From assembly GCA_951406725.2 (NCBI GenBank), contig OX597828.1, positions 14,074,001-14,138,000 on the forward strand: a DNA stretch of 64,000 nucleotides, given 5' to 3'. Position 1 is the stretch's first letter. Each line of letters opens with the position of its first letter. Positions 10,509 through 22,600 of the stretch are shown here, in pieces. The notes beneath the pieces were generated by a model. It was given only the letters and a program-made list of their open reading frames with translations. It was not told the origin of the DNA and did no database searches. Both the position numbers and the translations under genes were made by a program. Origin of the DNA: Octopus vulgaris. Its lineage: Eukaryota.

Positions 10509-12364
10509 CTAGCAGAAGTACCAGCATTGCTTGGGCTATGAACGCTTTGTCATTCTAAGAACGACCAGCAATGCCAAAGCTTTTTTGAAAAACATACAGA
10601 ATATCATGCCAAAACATACCAAAATTCACAAAAACGTACAAAATGTTTTTGAAATATGTCACAATTGCAAAAATAAAGAAAAATACAGGTTTTTCTTTAA
10701 AAATTTGAAATATATGGGTGTATAATGACTTGAAATTTATAAAAATACATATAAAAAAGAAGGGATATTGAAATTTAGAATCTCTAACACATATATTCTG
10801 GTGAATGGTGTACTGTTCCTGGCACGGTGAATGGCACACTGTTCTTCATTCTCTGGAGCTCATGGAGCAGCAGTTGCTATAGCATTCCTGACGTGGCAAA
10901 TGGCGCACTGTTCTTCATTCTCTGCAGCTCGTGCAGCAGTAGTTACTGTAGCATCCCGTATACGACGGATAATGACTCAGGTTAGCACATAGTGAAGCTG
11001 TTAATGAAGCATTTCTGATCTGGTAACTACTATGCTGCTCCTCACTTTCCATGGCTCTTGCAGTGGCTGTGCAAGAAGCATTTTGTGAATGTCTTCTTGC
11101 AGTCTCATGTGAGGATTCATTTGCTCTCCTTCTCTTCAATGTCTCTGCTGCAACGGTTCTATGACCAATACATGCTCTTTTCTTAGGTGGCATTATCTCA
11201 GAGTTTAGAAGCTTCGATTACAAAATGCAGATGTGGCAAAAGTAAATTTAAATACACGGAGTGCAAAAAATTTAGAAAGAGAAAATGGAGAAAACTGGTT
11301 GAAAAGTGCAGAAGTCTTTATAGAAAAACCTGTGTAAAACACCGTTTGTCACGGTCTCTCACTTTAAGCAGGAGCTCTGGGCAAAATGTTATAGTGTATG
11401 ACCATCCTTGGCACATAAGTAATGTGTGTACAAAGTTTGCTGAAAATCGGTTGAAAACTGTAGAAATGTATATGTACTACACAGACATACAGACAGGCAT
11501 CATTTGTAAGGAGAATGTACAAATACTATAAGGACAAAAAACTTGGGTCATTTTAGGATAGCTTTTTCTAATGCATGACCACTCAGTGGTATGGTTGAAA
11601 TCTCGATGGTTAGTAATAAAGGCTTATTGGATGTTTGTGGCCCATAGCAATCATGCGTACACATGCACGACTGCATGCACAACGTTTTCGATAGAAGGAG
11701 AAATGTAAATAGTGTATTTAAATAAACAGATGGCAAAAAAAAATGTTTTAATAAGTAAAGCAACGTTGTAGGGAGAACGAACAAGACGAAGATATTTACG
11801 CACGACAAAACTGAAATACACTGAAGTCAATTTTTTGCCAGATGTGGCAAAACTGAATTTAAACACACTGGGTATACAGAAATTAACACATAAAGTGTGA
11901 CGGGCCACGATCGTGGCCGTCAGGCACAGGTCGACAGGCCACGATTGTGGCCCAGATAGATGCATTTAATTCTTGGGCGTTTGTTGGAGGTCTAATGTCA
12001 CTCAAACACTCCAATAACCCCACCACCACCGGAATGCAAGAGGAATAATTCTTCAACTAATGACTTTTCAGATGCTATAAACCTTGTCATCATTATATAC
12101 TAAGAAGATATTTTAACTGTTTTTTGTTATTTATGTGTGCATAGTAATCTCATTTTCATAAAACGAGCTCAACCATTCATGGCTATTTGCAGCGTTTTAT
12201 GGGTTAAAAATTATTTTCCAGGGAGGACGTACTAAAGGGGAGGTAATTATGTTCAACCAATCTATTTCATTTACAGTAACCTAACTTGTTTCGTAAACCT
12301 AGAGAAAATATAACGTCCTGTAATATTTGAATTTGAAGATACAATCATAAATTTATTATATAGA
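10509..12364 (-). mobile_element. Internally deleted Helitron with RepHel N-terminus remnant (ORF 11193-10915)
   Basis: Minus strand starts TC(tatataat) and ends with a GC hairpin plus CTAG|T. MPPKKR..IG.RT..A...RRRANES repeats resemble RepHel N-termini. Confidence 0.7.
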
Positions 12365-12450
12365 ATGGTTTCTAGCCCATTGCATTCCAGTTAAGTATTT
12401 CTATATTTCAGTCAAGGCTTCATTTATATAAATCATTATTATATTCATCT

Positions 12451-12546
12451 GGCGGAGGTAAATAAAATGCACACCACCCGTTTTCAGCCAAACTAACCTT
12501 AAACCCTAACCCTAAACATCGGGTGTGCGTATTCTTTACCTTCGCC
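12451..12546. mobile_element. Merlin-type MITE (96 bp) with internal CCCTAA-like repeats
   Basis: GG...CC termini, ~25-bp TIRs (ggcggaggtaaataaaatgcacacc), 8-bp TSD attcatct/attcagct. Confidence 0.7.
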
Positions 12547-12723
12547 ATTCAGCTTATATTTAAAGTTTTCATTTTTCATCCACCTCTCTCACATTCACCC
12601 GTAATATATCGTAACAAGTTTGTAACAAGATACGACATTTGATCTGTCCATATTCAATACCGGCCACCAACATCATTTATCATGACACATGATTAATGAA
12701 GGACGACATCAGATTCATCTGCA

Positions 12724-13100
12724 TCACCATCATCATTAACATTTAACGTCCATTTTCCATGCTGGCATGGGTTGGATGGTTTGACAGGAACTGAACTAGC
12801 AATGTCAGGGGCTGCATCAAGTTCCATACTCTGTATTGACTTGGCTTCTACAGCGGGATGCCCTTCCCAATGACAACCACTTTACAAAGTGTACTGGGTT
12901 TTTTTTTTCATGGCACCAATATAGAAGAGAAACAAATCTTTAGTCTTGCAGATGACACAATGACTTCTCTAGTGCTGGTGCCAAAATATAATGTGCCCAC
13001 TACACAAGGCAATATGATCTGGTGTTAGAAAATTTCCCACAACAAATTCCGTCTGACCCATCAAGCATGAAAAAGTGGACATTAAATGACAATGATGATA
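12724..13100. mobile_element. Two diverged family D-like fragments in opposite orientation
   Basis: catcattaacatttaacgtccattttccatgctggcatgggttgg at the left; catgaaaaagtggacattaaatgacaatgatg at the right. Confidence 0.6.
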
Positions 13101-13118
13101 TATATATATATATATATA

Positions 13119-13464
13119 TGGTTCCGAGTTCAGTTCCACAGTGGGGCACCTTGAGCAATTGCCTTCTACTATAGCCTCGGGCTGACCAAAGCCTTGTGAG
13201 TGGATTTGGTAGACGGAAACTGAAAGAAGCCCGTCGTATATATGTATATATATATATGCATCTGTGTTTGTCCCCCAAGCATTGCTTGACAACCGATGCT
13301 GGTGTGTTTATGTCCCCATTACTTACCGGTTTGGCAAAAGAGACCGATAGAATAAGTACTGGGCTTAGAAAAGAATAAGTCTCGGGGTCGAGTTGCTCGA
13401 TTAAAGGCGGTGCTCCAGCATGGCCGCAGTCAAATGACTGAAACAAGTAAAAGAGTAAAAGAGT
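13119..13464 (+). mobile_element. SINE family A (5' truncated)
   Basis: Consensus body and tail. Confidence 0.85.
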
Positions 13465-13479
13465 ATATATATATATATT

Positions 13480-13788
13480 ACCGTGATCACCGTGACCGAC
13501 CAGGCTATCAGATGTTGCTACACATCGCTGGTCACAATGCGTTTCGCATTGTTTTAACTATTAAATGACGCCACCCCGCTGGCTAAGGGAGCAGGCCAAC
13601 AGAAAAAAGAGTGAGAGAAAGTTGCTGCGAAAGAGTACAGCAGGGATTGCCACCACCCCCTGCCGGAGCCTCGTGGAGCTTTAGGTGTTTTCACTCAATA
13701 AACACTCATAATGCCTAGTCTAGGAATCGAAACCGTGATCCTATGACCGCGAGTCCACTGCCCTAACCACTGGGCCATTGCACCTCCA
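13480..13788 (-). mobile_element. SINE family C with tail type 2
   Basis: Minus-strand head gaggtgcaatggcccagtggttagggcag...; tail ...gcattgtgaccagcgatgtgtagcaacatctgatagcctggtcggtcacgg. Confidence 0.85.
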
Positions 13789-13819
13789 CACACACACATA
13801 TATATATTATTATTATTAT

Positions 13820-13866
<47 letters not shown>

Positions 13867-13963
13867 TAATAATAAAGGGTAAAATTTATTAATCAATTAA
13901 TAATTAATAATTTTACCAAGTAGTTCGGTATGTTAAAAGAACCATTACCGTAAACTTATAAAA

Positions 13964-14180
13964 AAATTCTATAATTATGAGCATAATTATAATTAGGGTT
14001 CAGCAAAATTTGCTTCACCCCATACCGAAATTTAGAAATAGCAGTTAAAATACTATTCTACTACCATAAGATATCTTATAGTAGTAGAATAGTATTTTGA
14101 CTGCTATTTCTAAATTTCGGTATGGGGTGAAGCAAATTTTGCTGAACCTAATTATAATTATGCACATAATTATAGAATTT
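13964..14180. repeat. Near-perfect palindrome, ~108-bp arms, no spacer (centre 14072/14073)
   Basis: ...gcttcaccccataccgaaatttagaaatagcag...aagat|atctt...ctgctatttctaaatttcggtatggggtgaagc... Confidence 0.92.
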
Positions 14181-14367
14181 ATATATATATATATATATAT
14201 ATTATTATTATTATTATAAGGAACACGCGTTGTGAGTTCCTGTTGAGCAGTCTAACCTGTGGCAGCATGGAAAACAGACACCTGTTTTCAATGCTGGCAT
14301 GAGTTAGATGGCTCAACAGGAACAGGCAAGGCCAGGGTCTACACCAGGTTCCTTATATTGATATAAA

Positions 14368-14640
14368 TCTCTCTCTATATAAACGGCAGTTTGTCTGTCT
14401 GTGTGTCTGTCAGGTTGTACCCTCACCCTGACCACAGCTTTCAACCGATTCTGATGAAACTTGACACACACATAGCCCAATGTCATAATTCAAAACTAAC
14501 GCAGCAAAAATTTTGAAAAGTTCCCCCAGTTCTGAAAAAAATCGATAAATTCGACATGGGGTCGAGAATCTAAGCTTTTTATATGCAACACATTTTCTGG
14601 GGCTCTTACATACCCGGGCAATGCCGGGCTATGCTGCTAG
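14368..14640 (+). mobile_element. Non-autonomous Helitron (273 bp)
   Basis: A|TC start, (CTGT)n near the 5' end, subterminal hairpin cccgggcaatgccggg, CTAG|T end. Confidence 0.85.
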
Positions 14641-14707
<67 letters not shown>

Positions 14708-15037
14708 ATCATTGTCATTTAATGTTCACTTTTTCATGTTTGATGGGTCAGACGGAATTTGTTGAGGGAGATTTTCTACAACCAGATGCCCTTCCTGTTA
14801 CTAACCCTCACCTGCTTTCAAACAAGGTAATATTTTCCTGTGGGCAGACATGGCTTTCATGGAAGACCAGAAATGAATAACATTAGTTGTATGATGGGGA
14901 CGTTCATTTACAACCATCACATACGAGACAAGAATACACGCACACACTCATATATAGATAGTTACATACATTCATACACACACAGATACACTGAAAACAG
15001 AAACAAGAAAAGACAGGTGACAAACAAATAATCTTAC

Positions 15038-15164
15038 CTGAAAGCCTAAATCAATCAAAGATTTCAAGAGCGTATTGATCTTAGGATGAACAACAAAATG
15101 TTTGTTACTGAATTTCTGGTGATCAAATTTGGAGCCTTTCATGGGATTAATATCAAACAAACAC
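15038..15164 (-). CDS. SAMD3-like gene coding exon 5 (CLFDINPMKGSK...VVHPKINTLLKSLIDLGFQ)
   Basis: Acceptor tgatag|g and donor cag|gtaaga. Continues the family motif C...INP.KGSK...P.V.TLL..L.D. Confidence 0.9.
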
Positions 15165-15465
15165 CTATCAAAGAAGAAAGAAAAATAGTAATTTAGTGAT
15201 ATTTTTTAGCCTGTTAGATCTAAAATGAATAATATGACCCCTTGAATTTAGAAAAAGTTCTTGCCCAGACTTGTGCTCCTCTGAGGCACAAGTCCAGGCA
15301 AGGTTGTTTATGGAAGTGCAGCAACAAAGATGTTTCCAACTGAGGACAGCAATTCCAAATGATAACTGACACACACTGTGATGACTCCTGGCTTCTGCAT
15401 GGTGTTCTGCATAGGGGAGATCAAATCCAAAGCCATATGACTGCAAAGCATACCTCTTAATCACT

Positions 15466-15624
15466 CGGGCTTCTTTCAGTTTCCATCTACCAAATCCACT
15501 CACAAGGCTTTGGTCGGCCCGAGGCTATAGTAGAAGACACTGGCCCAAAGTGCCACGCAGTGGGGACTGAACCCAGAACCATGTAGTTCGTAAGCAAGCT
15601 ACTTACCACACAGCCACTCCTACG

Positions 15625-15629
<5 letters not shown>
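15466..15629 (-). mobile_element. SINE family A, 5' half
   Basis: Reverse complement of the head and CORE-like part. Confidence 0.85.
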
Positions 15630-15664
<35 letters not shown>

Positions 15665-16529
15665 CATCTTCATCATCATCATCATCATATATATATATCC
15701 CTCAACAAATTCATAAATGTACTTTGTAGAATGATTATCAAACAAACAATCATCATCATCATCATTAACATTTAATGTCCATTTTCCATGCTGGCATGGG
15801 TTGGATAGCCTGACAGGAACTGAACTGGCAAGGCTAGGGGCTGCACCAACAAAGGTGTTTCCAAATGTGAACTATCCAAGACGAATTTATTTAAAGTGTT
15901 CTGTCTCTTCTAAGATAATATGGTTTTGATTTGAGGTTTTCAAGTTTAGCATTGCTTACTCTCTTGGCAATTCCTACACTTTATTGCCAAGAAATATTGG
16001 CCTTGCCTTTCCTCCAATCCAGGTAGAACCAAGTAAGAACCACCATTGTTGTTTCTTGTTGCTTTCACAGATTCCCATGACTTTCTGTCACCATCCAATT
16101 CCATTATTATGAATTTGAATTGGGAGCTTGAGTCACAGAGAATCTTTCAGTAGCTGATTACACAGCCATGGACACCACTTCTATGGTTGTGTTGCAACTA
16201 CTCTTAGTGTCCCTGACCATTGATCTTGGATTCTTCTGCTCAGCATCAATGTAAGAAGCACCATTGGCTCAGTTGAGCTCTTCTGTTACCTCTTCACAAT
16301 CTGCCATGCTTTCAGTCCCATGATTTAACCATATCCTTGGCAGGGTGGCTGAATGAATATTATGCCTTGCTAAATGGCACCCTGTAACTATGCATGTCAT
16401 GGTTATCACTCTGTGAAGTATTTTCTAATACCCACATACCCACATAATGTGGCTTAAATCAGTTTTGTTGGATCACATTGTCAGTAACAACAGATGCATG
16501 CCATCCATGTATTAATATATGATCCACTA

Positions 16530-16750
16530 AGGGCGGTGAGCTGGCAGAAACGTTAGCACGCCGGGCGAAATGCTTACGGTATTTCATCTGCCTTTACTTT
16601 CTGAGTCCAAATTCCGCTGAGGTCGACTTTGCCTTTCATCCTTTCGGGGTCGATAAATTAAGTACCAGTTACGTACTGGGGTTCAATCTAATCGACTGGC
16701 CCCCCCTCCCACAAAATTTCGGGCCTCATGCCTAAAGTGGAAATGAATAT
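16530..16750 (+). mobile_element. SINE family B (young, CpG intact)
   Basis: ggcggtgagctggcagaaacgttagcacgccgggcgaaatgc... Confidence 0.88.
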
Positions 16751-16844
16751 ATGATCCACTAAATGTTTTGACACTTCACATACATGAGCAACAATGAAAA
16801 GCCGTTTCTTAGTATCTCTTATTGTTAAAAATTCGGTAACAAAC

Positions 16845-17013
16845 CTTTGAACAAATTCCAGTGTTGCAGGTGCCTCTTGATTGTAGCAGATGTTAAAGCA
16901 GTAGTAAGATGCGAACATCATACAGAGGCCAGTTACGAAACTGGTGATCTGTTCGTTGACGACAGTACCATCAACACAAAGCAGAAACTTACAGGAATTC
17001 AACAACGAATCAC
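16845..17013 (-). CDS. SAMD3-like gene coding exon 4 (GDSLLNSCKFLLCVDG...MMFASYYCFNICYNQEAPATLEFVQR)
   Basis: Acceptor tttcag|gt and donor ag|gtttgt. Carries the F.SYY.FN..Y...A..TLEF.QR hallmark of SAMD3-like C-terminal domains. Confidence 0.9.
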
Positions 17014-17080
17014 CTGAAATTGAAAAAGAAACAAATGATAAATAAATTAAAAAGTAAACAGAAAAAACACGTATGATAAA

Positions 17081-17308
17081 CGGCCCAGTGGTTAGGGCAG
17101 CGGACTTGCGGTCGGAGGATCACGGTTTCGATTCCCAAACCGGGCGTTGTGTGTGTTTATTGAGCGAAAACACCTAAAAGCTCCACGAGGCTCCGGCAGG
17201 GGATGGTGGTGATCCCTGCTGTACTCTTTCACCACTCTAAAGGCGGTGCTCCAGCATGGCCGCAGTCAAATGACTGAAACAAGTACAAAAAAAAAAAAAA
17301 AAAAAAAA
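17081..17308 (+). mobile_element. Chimeric SINE: family C head plus family A 3' tail and poly(A)
   Basis: C body up to caccactc, then taaaggcggtgctccagcatggccgcagtcaaatgactgaaacaagtac followed by a long A run. Confidence 0.8.
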
Positions 17309-18041
17309 TGTTTAATAAGGGAAGGCAAGGTTTACGATATCGGAAGAATACGGTCTCCTTCCATGATCTTTTTGTTCTTTATGTAATTCAGGCTTCAAGC
17401 AGGCAAAGAGAGAAGACTTCAAGTACAAATGCTTTTCACAACTGGTTTATTTACAGGAAAGTTGAAGTGTGCTGCTCTCAGCTACCATCTTAAGCTCCGT
17501 CAGTGTGGGCGCATTGCCTCTGGAGATAGACAGGCTGAAAGCCTCAGCCAGTGGTGGTGTTCAGCCAGTGCTGCTGTGAGGTGGTGCCAAAAGAGAGATT
17601 TTGAAGAGGGTTTCCCTTTATATAGTTTCCATCGTGAGCCTCGTTGTGATTTTGCGCATGGCAAATGGATGCAGGTGAGGTCTCGCTCCAGTCTCAGGGA
17701 TGGCAATAGCTGCCACGAGATCTCATCCAATATGGCGCTGGCTGCTTGTGCCGCTACACATGTAATAAAGTATAATATTCAACTCTAAAATCATTTATTG
17801 TTAATCAAAGTTGTCATTGTCATCATTGAGGCAGATTTTCCACAGTTAGATGCCCTTCCTGTCACCAACCCTCATCTGTTTCTAGGCAAGGCAATATTTC
17901 CCCCATAACTAGACGTTTTTGTAGAATATTGGAAATGAATAACATTCTTTGTGTGACACTGACAATCAATTACAACTATCACATGATGTTTAAACAAAGA
18001 GATACAAAAAATACACCCCCACATTACATATATATATATAT

Positions 18042-18955
18042 AAGATTAATCAGCCGAAATTGCTAAGATGATCTGGTTCTTGACTGATGACTGAGGGCTT
18101 CGAATGTCCCGTCCTGTGGTTCTTGTGTCGTCTCTGTGGTGTTTCATGTTCTTGTCCATGTCTGTAATTATTTTTACTGTTTACCTATATAATCGGCGGC
18201 TACGTATCCACAATTGTCCTTATACGATAAGTATATTTTTTCTCTAGCATTGATACGACTCTTAATCTGTCTCTTTCTCTCTCTCTCTCCTCCCTTATTC
18301 CCCTTCCTTTCTTTCCCTCTCCATCCGTCTCCCCCCCCTTCTACGTTTCTCTATCTCTCTCACCTCCAGCCCCCTCGATCTGTCTCTTTCTTCTCCTCCC
18401 TCATCCACCTTCTCTCTCTTTTCATCTGTCCCTTTCTCCTGTCTTTTGTTCTCACGTGACCGCTAGCCGCTGTTGAGCGCTCTTTTCGTTTCAGTAGTCG
18501 CAGAAGCAACACGTATTTGTTCGTCTCCCCGTGGCCTTTAGGCACAACTTCACAAGCCAGCCCCTACTCAAATCGTCCTGTCGAAAGACCCTTGTCCTAC
18601 GTCCTGGTTTTGTTTTGTTGTTTATTTTTTATTTTTACCGTTATTGTTTTTACGTTTTTGTATTCTTATTGGTGTCACGTATTCTGTATTTTTGTTTGTG
18701 TACTTCGTTCGTTTTCCGTCCTCGTGTTGTATACATTCGAAGCTTTCTTCCAGGGGATCTAATGCGCTTGGCTTAGATTTCCCTTGGCGGGCTGGCCATA
18801 TCGGAGCAATCTCAAGATTAATCAGCCGAAATTGCTAAGATGATCTGGTTCTTGACTGATGACTGAGGGCTTCGAATGTCCCGTCCTGTGGTTCTTGTGT
18901 CGTCTCTGTGGTGTTTCATGTTCTTGTCCATGTCTGTAATTATTTTTACTGTTTA

Positions 18956-18962
<7 letters not shown>
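18042..18962. mobile_element. Element with identical 149-bp terminal direct repeats (18042-18190 / 18814-18962) inserted in (TA)n; Penelope-like partial-tandem architecture
   Basis: Exact direct repeat, CpG-rich interior, (TA)n on both flanks; diverged relative on the opposite strand at ~45790-46030. Confidence 0.6.
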
Positions 18963-19004
<42 letters not shown>

Positions 19005-19149
19005 TATATGAAATATATATATATATTACATCTACCAATTATATACGTTTTTTTTTATTATTTTTTTTGCAATTTACTTAATCATTGGTATTTTATTGTT
19101 ATTTTAATTTTAATATTTCTATTATATGTAATTTTCTAGATGGTGTAAT

Positions 19150-19290
19150 TTAATTGTTCATTTTGAATTGATAAAAGGTGGTTTTTCCAATTTTTATATA
19201 TATATTATATTTTATGAAATTTGATTTAGTATTACTAAATTGAATTTTTCCCTGTAAGTTAGGAATAATATTCCCTCAAATAATTATTAT
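19150..19290 (+). repeat. AT-rich interspersed repeat embedded in (TA)n; second copy at 29320-29460
   Basis: Shared gaaatttgatttagtattactaaattgaatttttccc.gtaagtt.ggaataatattccct. Confidence 0.75.
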
Positions 19291-19455
19291 ATATATATAT
19301 AGAGAGAGAGAGAGAGACTGGCAAGGCTTTAGTTGGTCTGAGGCCGGAGTAAAGGACACTTGCTGAAGGTTTCATGCTATGGGATTGGACCTAAAACCTT
19401 GTGATTGAGAAGTAAACTTTTTGACTGAACATCCACACATGTGCATATATATATA

Positions 19456-19967
19456 CCGTAAATCCTCAAGTGTAGTCCGCCCTTGAATATAATATGCAGC
19501 GGATTTTTAGGGGGCTGTACCTCTGAAAAACCTAAACCTTGTGTATAATACGCACCCCTCCTCTAACTTGAGTCAAGGAGGTCTATATAACATCCTTGGT
19601 TTGTAAAAATATATACGGTAACGTCCTTTATTATTATTGTATATATAACATAATGCAAACATATAGCTTTTTTGTGCATTTTGTTTGCAGAAAATAAAGA
19701 AATAACAATAATAACGTTGAATAAATGTTGCTTACTGCAAGTTATGGATGATTCTTTTATGACTTCATTGCCTTCAGGCTTAGCTTAAGGTATTTTCGCG
19801 CCCGGCATCACAAAATGCATCTGAATAAACATTGCTGGACAGCAAATAGAGACTCGGACATTGCTTAGAAAATATTTTTCCTTTTTAACCTCGTATATAA
19901 TATGCATTAGGGATTTTGACCTTTAGATTTTGGGAAAAAAATGCGGATTATACTCGAGGATTTACGG
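19456..19967. mobile_element. pogo/Tc2-type MITE (~510 bp)
   Basis: TIR ccgtaaatcctc(a/g)agt.ta.tccgc; TA target duplication. Confidence 0.8.
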
Positions 19968-20217
19968 TATATATATATATACATGTGCATACAGACACAC
20001 AAGCCACACACATGTATAAGAATGTGCACATATATACACACACAGACCAAACATAAGTGTTTATATGAATGAACAGTAGATATATAACAAACTAATATAG
20101 TAAAAGTAAACCGTGGAATAATAACAAAAAAAATACTAATGGAATGTTAAAAGACATCATATAAAAAAATACATAATTAATATAATTTTGACTATAAATA
20201 TGTAAGAACATACATAC

Positions 20218-20284
20218 CGCAGGCAATAAGACATGGAGTTTCAGGAATGTTGGAGGATTCTAAGTCTGTTACAGTATAATTCAC
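20218..20284 (-). CDS. SAMD3-like gene coding exon 3 (VNYTVTDLESSNIPETPCLIAC)
   Basis: Acceptor acatag|gtg and donor g|gtatgt; 67 nt; phases fit both neighbours. The P.TPCLI motif is typical of the family. Confidence 0.85.
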
Positions 20285-20849
20285 CTATGTAAGTGAACAA
20301 AGAAGGAAAAAATAAATAAACACAATATGAATAATATATATATATATTGATAGATATGTGTGTGCGTGTGCAAAAATATGCACATATACACACACATACA
20401 TACATACAAACATATATATACATACATGCAAACATATGTAAATATCATCATCATCATCATTTAACATTCATTTTCCACACTGACATGGATTGGACAAATA
20501 TATATATTATTAATATTCAAGGTCCAAGAGTTTCATGCGTTGGCACACTAAGTGCCAGGGAACAAAACTCTCAGACCTTGAGTCACTCTGTGACTGCTGC
20601 TAAATTTTAATATATGCATATGCTTATATTTTGAGTTCTATTTTTCCTGCTTGCACCAATATATATATATATATATATCTGCATTTTATCCAAGCACATG
20701 AAGGCCCCAATACTCACACAAATACAGGTGTACATCCTCATAAATGAAACATTTCCAGTACTAAATAGGAAATATATGTAGAAGGTAATCATACCCCAAT
20801 ATCCACAGTTTTTATATACACTGGTAGAGCTGTTATGTAGATGTGTGCA

Positions 20850-20884
<35 letters not shown>

Positions 20885-20925
20885 GCAAATGGATATGTAA
20901 GTAAACAGATAGATAAGTACATGGG

Positions 20926-20956
<31 letters not shown>

Positions 20957-20990
20957 GAATATATAAAAATTGTATACAAATATCCATATA

Positions 20991-22324
20991 CAGAGTGGGG
21001 CAAAAAGGATGGACATTTTTGAAAAATTCAGAAAATCATTAATTTTAGCTGCAAACAACTTTTATTGACATCAATGTGTTTGCATTGTATTAGCATTTGT
21101 CAAAATCAAGTGTGGAAAACAACATCCATCACGTAGTGTCCATTTTCACTGATGCATTTCTGAAGGCGTTTTTGGAACTTGGCCTCCACTCTCTCCAGCA
21201 TTGCTCTGTCGATTCGAGTGACTTCCATGTGAATAGCTTCCTTCGAATCGTCCAATGTATGGGGCTCATGTGCATACACACATGCCTTGAGGTTTCCCCA
21301 CAAGAAATAATCGCACATGGACAAATCAGGGGACTGAGAGGGCCAAGGAATGTCAGCAAACCTGAAAATGAGGTAGTCACTGAAGAGAGGGCGAAGAACG
21401 TCCATTGATGCTCTGGCTGTGTGGGCCATCGCTCCATCCTGCTGAAACCACACACGTAGAATAGGCATGCATTTTAATCATAATTCAGGCACAAAAAGTT
21501 GTTTATCATCTCGAATTTTCACTCGGAGTTCACAGTCACAGCATTTCCATTATTGTCTTCAAAAAGTAAGGACCAATGACAACAGCTCTTCCAACAGTGC
21601 ACCAGATCATCGCTTTTGGTCTGTGCAGTGGTCTTTCATTCAGTTCTCTCAGATTTTCAGTAGCATAATAATGACAGTTCTGTTGATTCACCATGCCATT
21701 GAGATGAAAATGAGCTTCATCACACATTAACAAAATGAGGTTGTCATTTGTCTCTAAATTTGCTTCCATCTGACGTGCGAAGTTAAGCCGCTGTGCATAG
21801 CCCCGTGGTTTCAACTGTTGCCCAATGACCAATTTGTACAGGTGGAAATGCAGGTCTTCATGCAAAATACGCCTTACTGATCATTTATCAATGTGAAGTT
21901 CAGTGGAATGCCTCCAAGCAGAGTGATTCGGACTCTGTATCAAAGCTTGTCTGACACCTTCCCCATTTTACGGGGTTCGTACCATTTATGGCACCCCCAC
22001 CAGTCTCCTATTCATTAGTGTACTTCATGTACGAAATGCATTCACCCAACATAAGATTGCGTTACGGGTGGGAACAGCCTGGCTTTGGTGAATATTGGAG
22101 TGGTGCTGAAACTCGTGCTGAACTGCTCTGATAGACTCATTATTCTTCATGTAACTATCATAAGCAAACACACAATGCTCTATCATCCACAGCACCATGG
22201 CCTCACCTGAAAAGAAAAAATGTAAAGACACCATGGACCAAATGTTACCTGTCAGACATGTCTCTTTCCCTGGGGCTGAGTAATAGATATTTCAAAAAAT
22301 GTCCATTCTCTCTGCCCCACCCTG
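20991..22324 (-). mobile_element. Full-length but decayed Tc1/mariner element of DD41D (rosa) type
   Basis: ~33-bp TIRs cag(a/g)gtggggca.a.a..atggacattttt(t)gaa with TA TSD. Frameshifted transposase has DEAHFHLNG, WFQQDGA and WP..SPDLS.CD motifs, with 41 residues between the 2nd and 3rd Asp. Confidence 0.9.
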
Positions 22325-22600
22325 TACATATAAACATTCATACATGGGTCTGCTCAATTAGGATTGCCTTATGGCCAAACATCACCAACAACACACTGTA
22401 TTTTGAACCCTTAAACCAACTTTAAGTATTGTAACAGTACAGAACAATAAAATATATTACCTAACTGGTATTGGAAGGGGTGGTTAATACAATGAATTAA
22501 AACCTTTGAAGATGATGCCCCGGTGTAGTCACAGTCCAATGACTGACACCAGTAAAAGAATAAAAGAACAACAGGAATAGAATAAAAATATGATACTAAC

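Noticed and set aside
18084-18115. Canonical hammerhead ribozyme at ctgatga...cgaa
   Set aside because: GAAA core is replaced by GAAT, and stems I and II could not be formed. Kept only as part of the broader structural finding.
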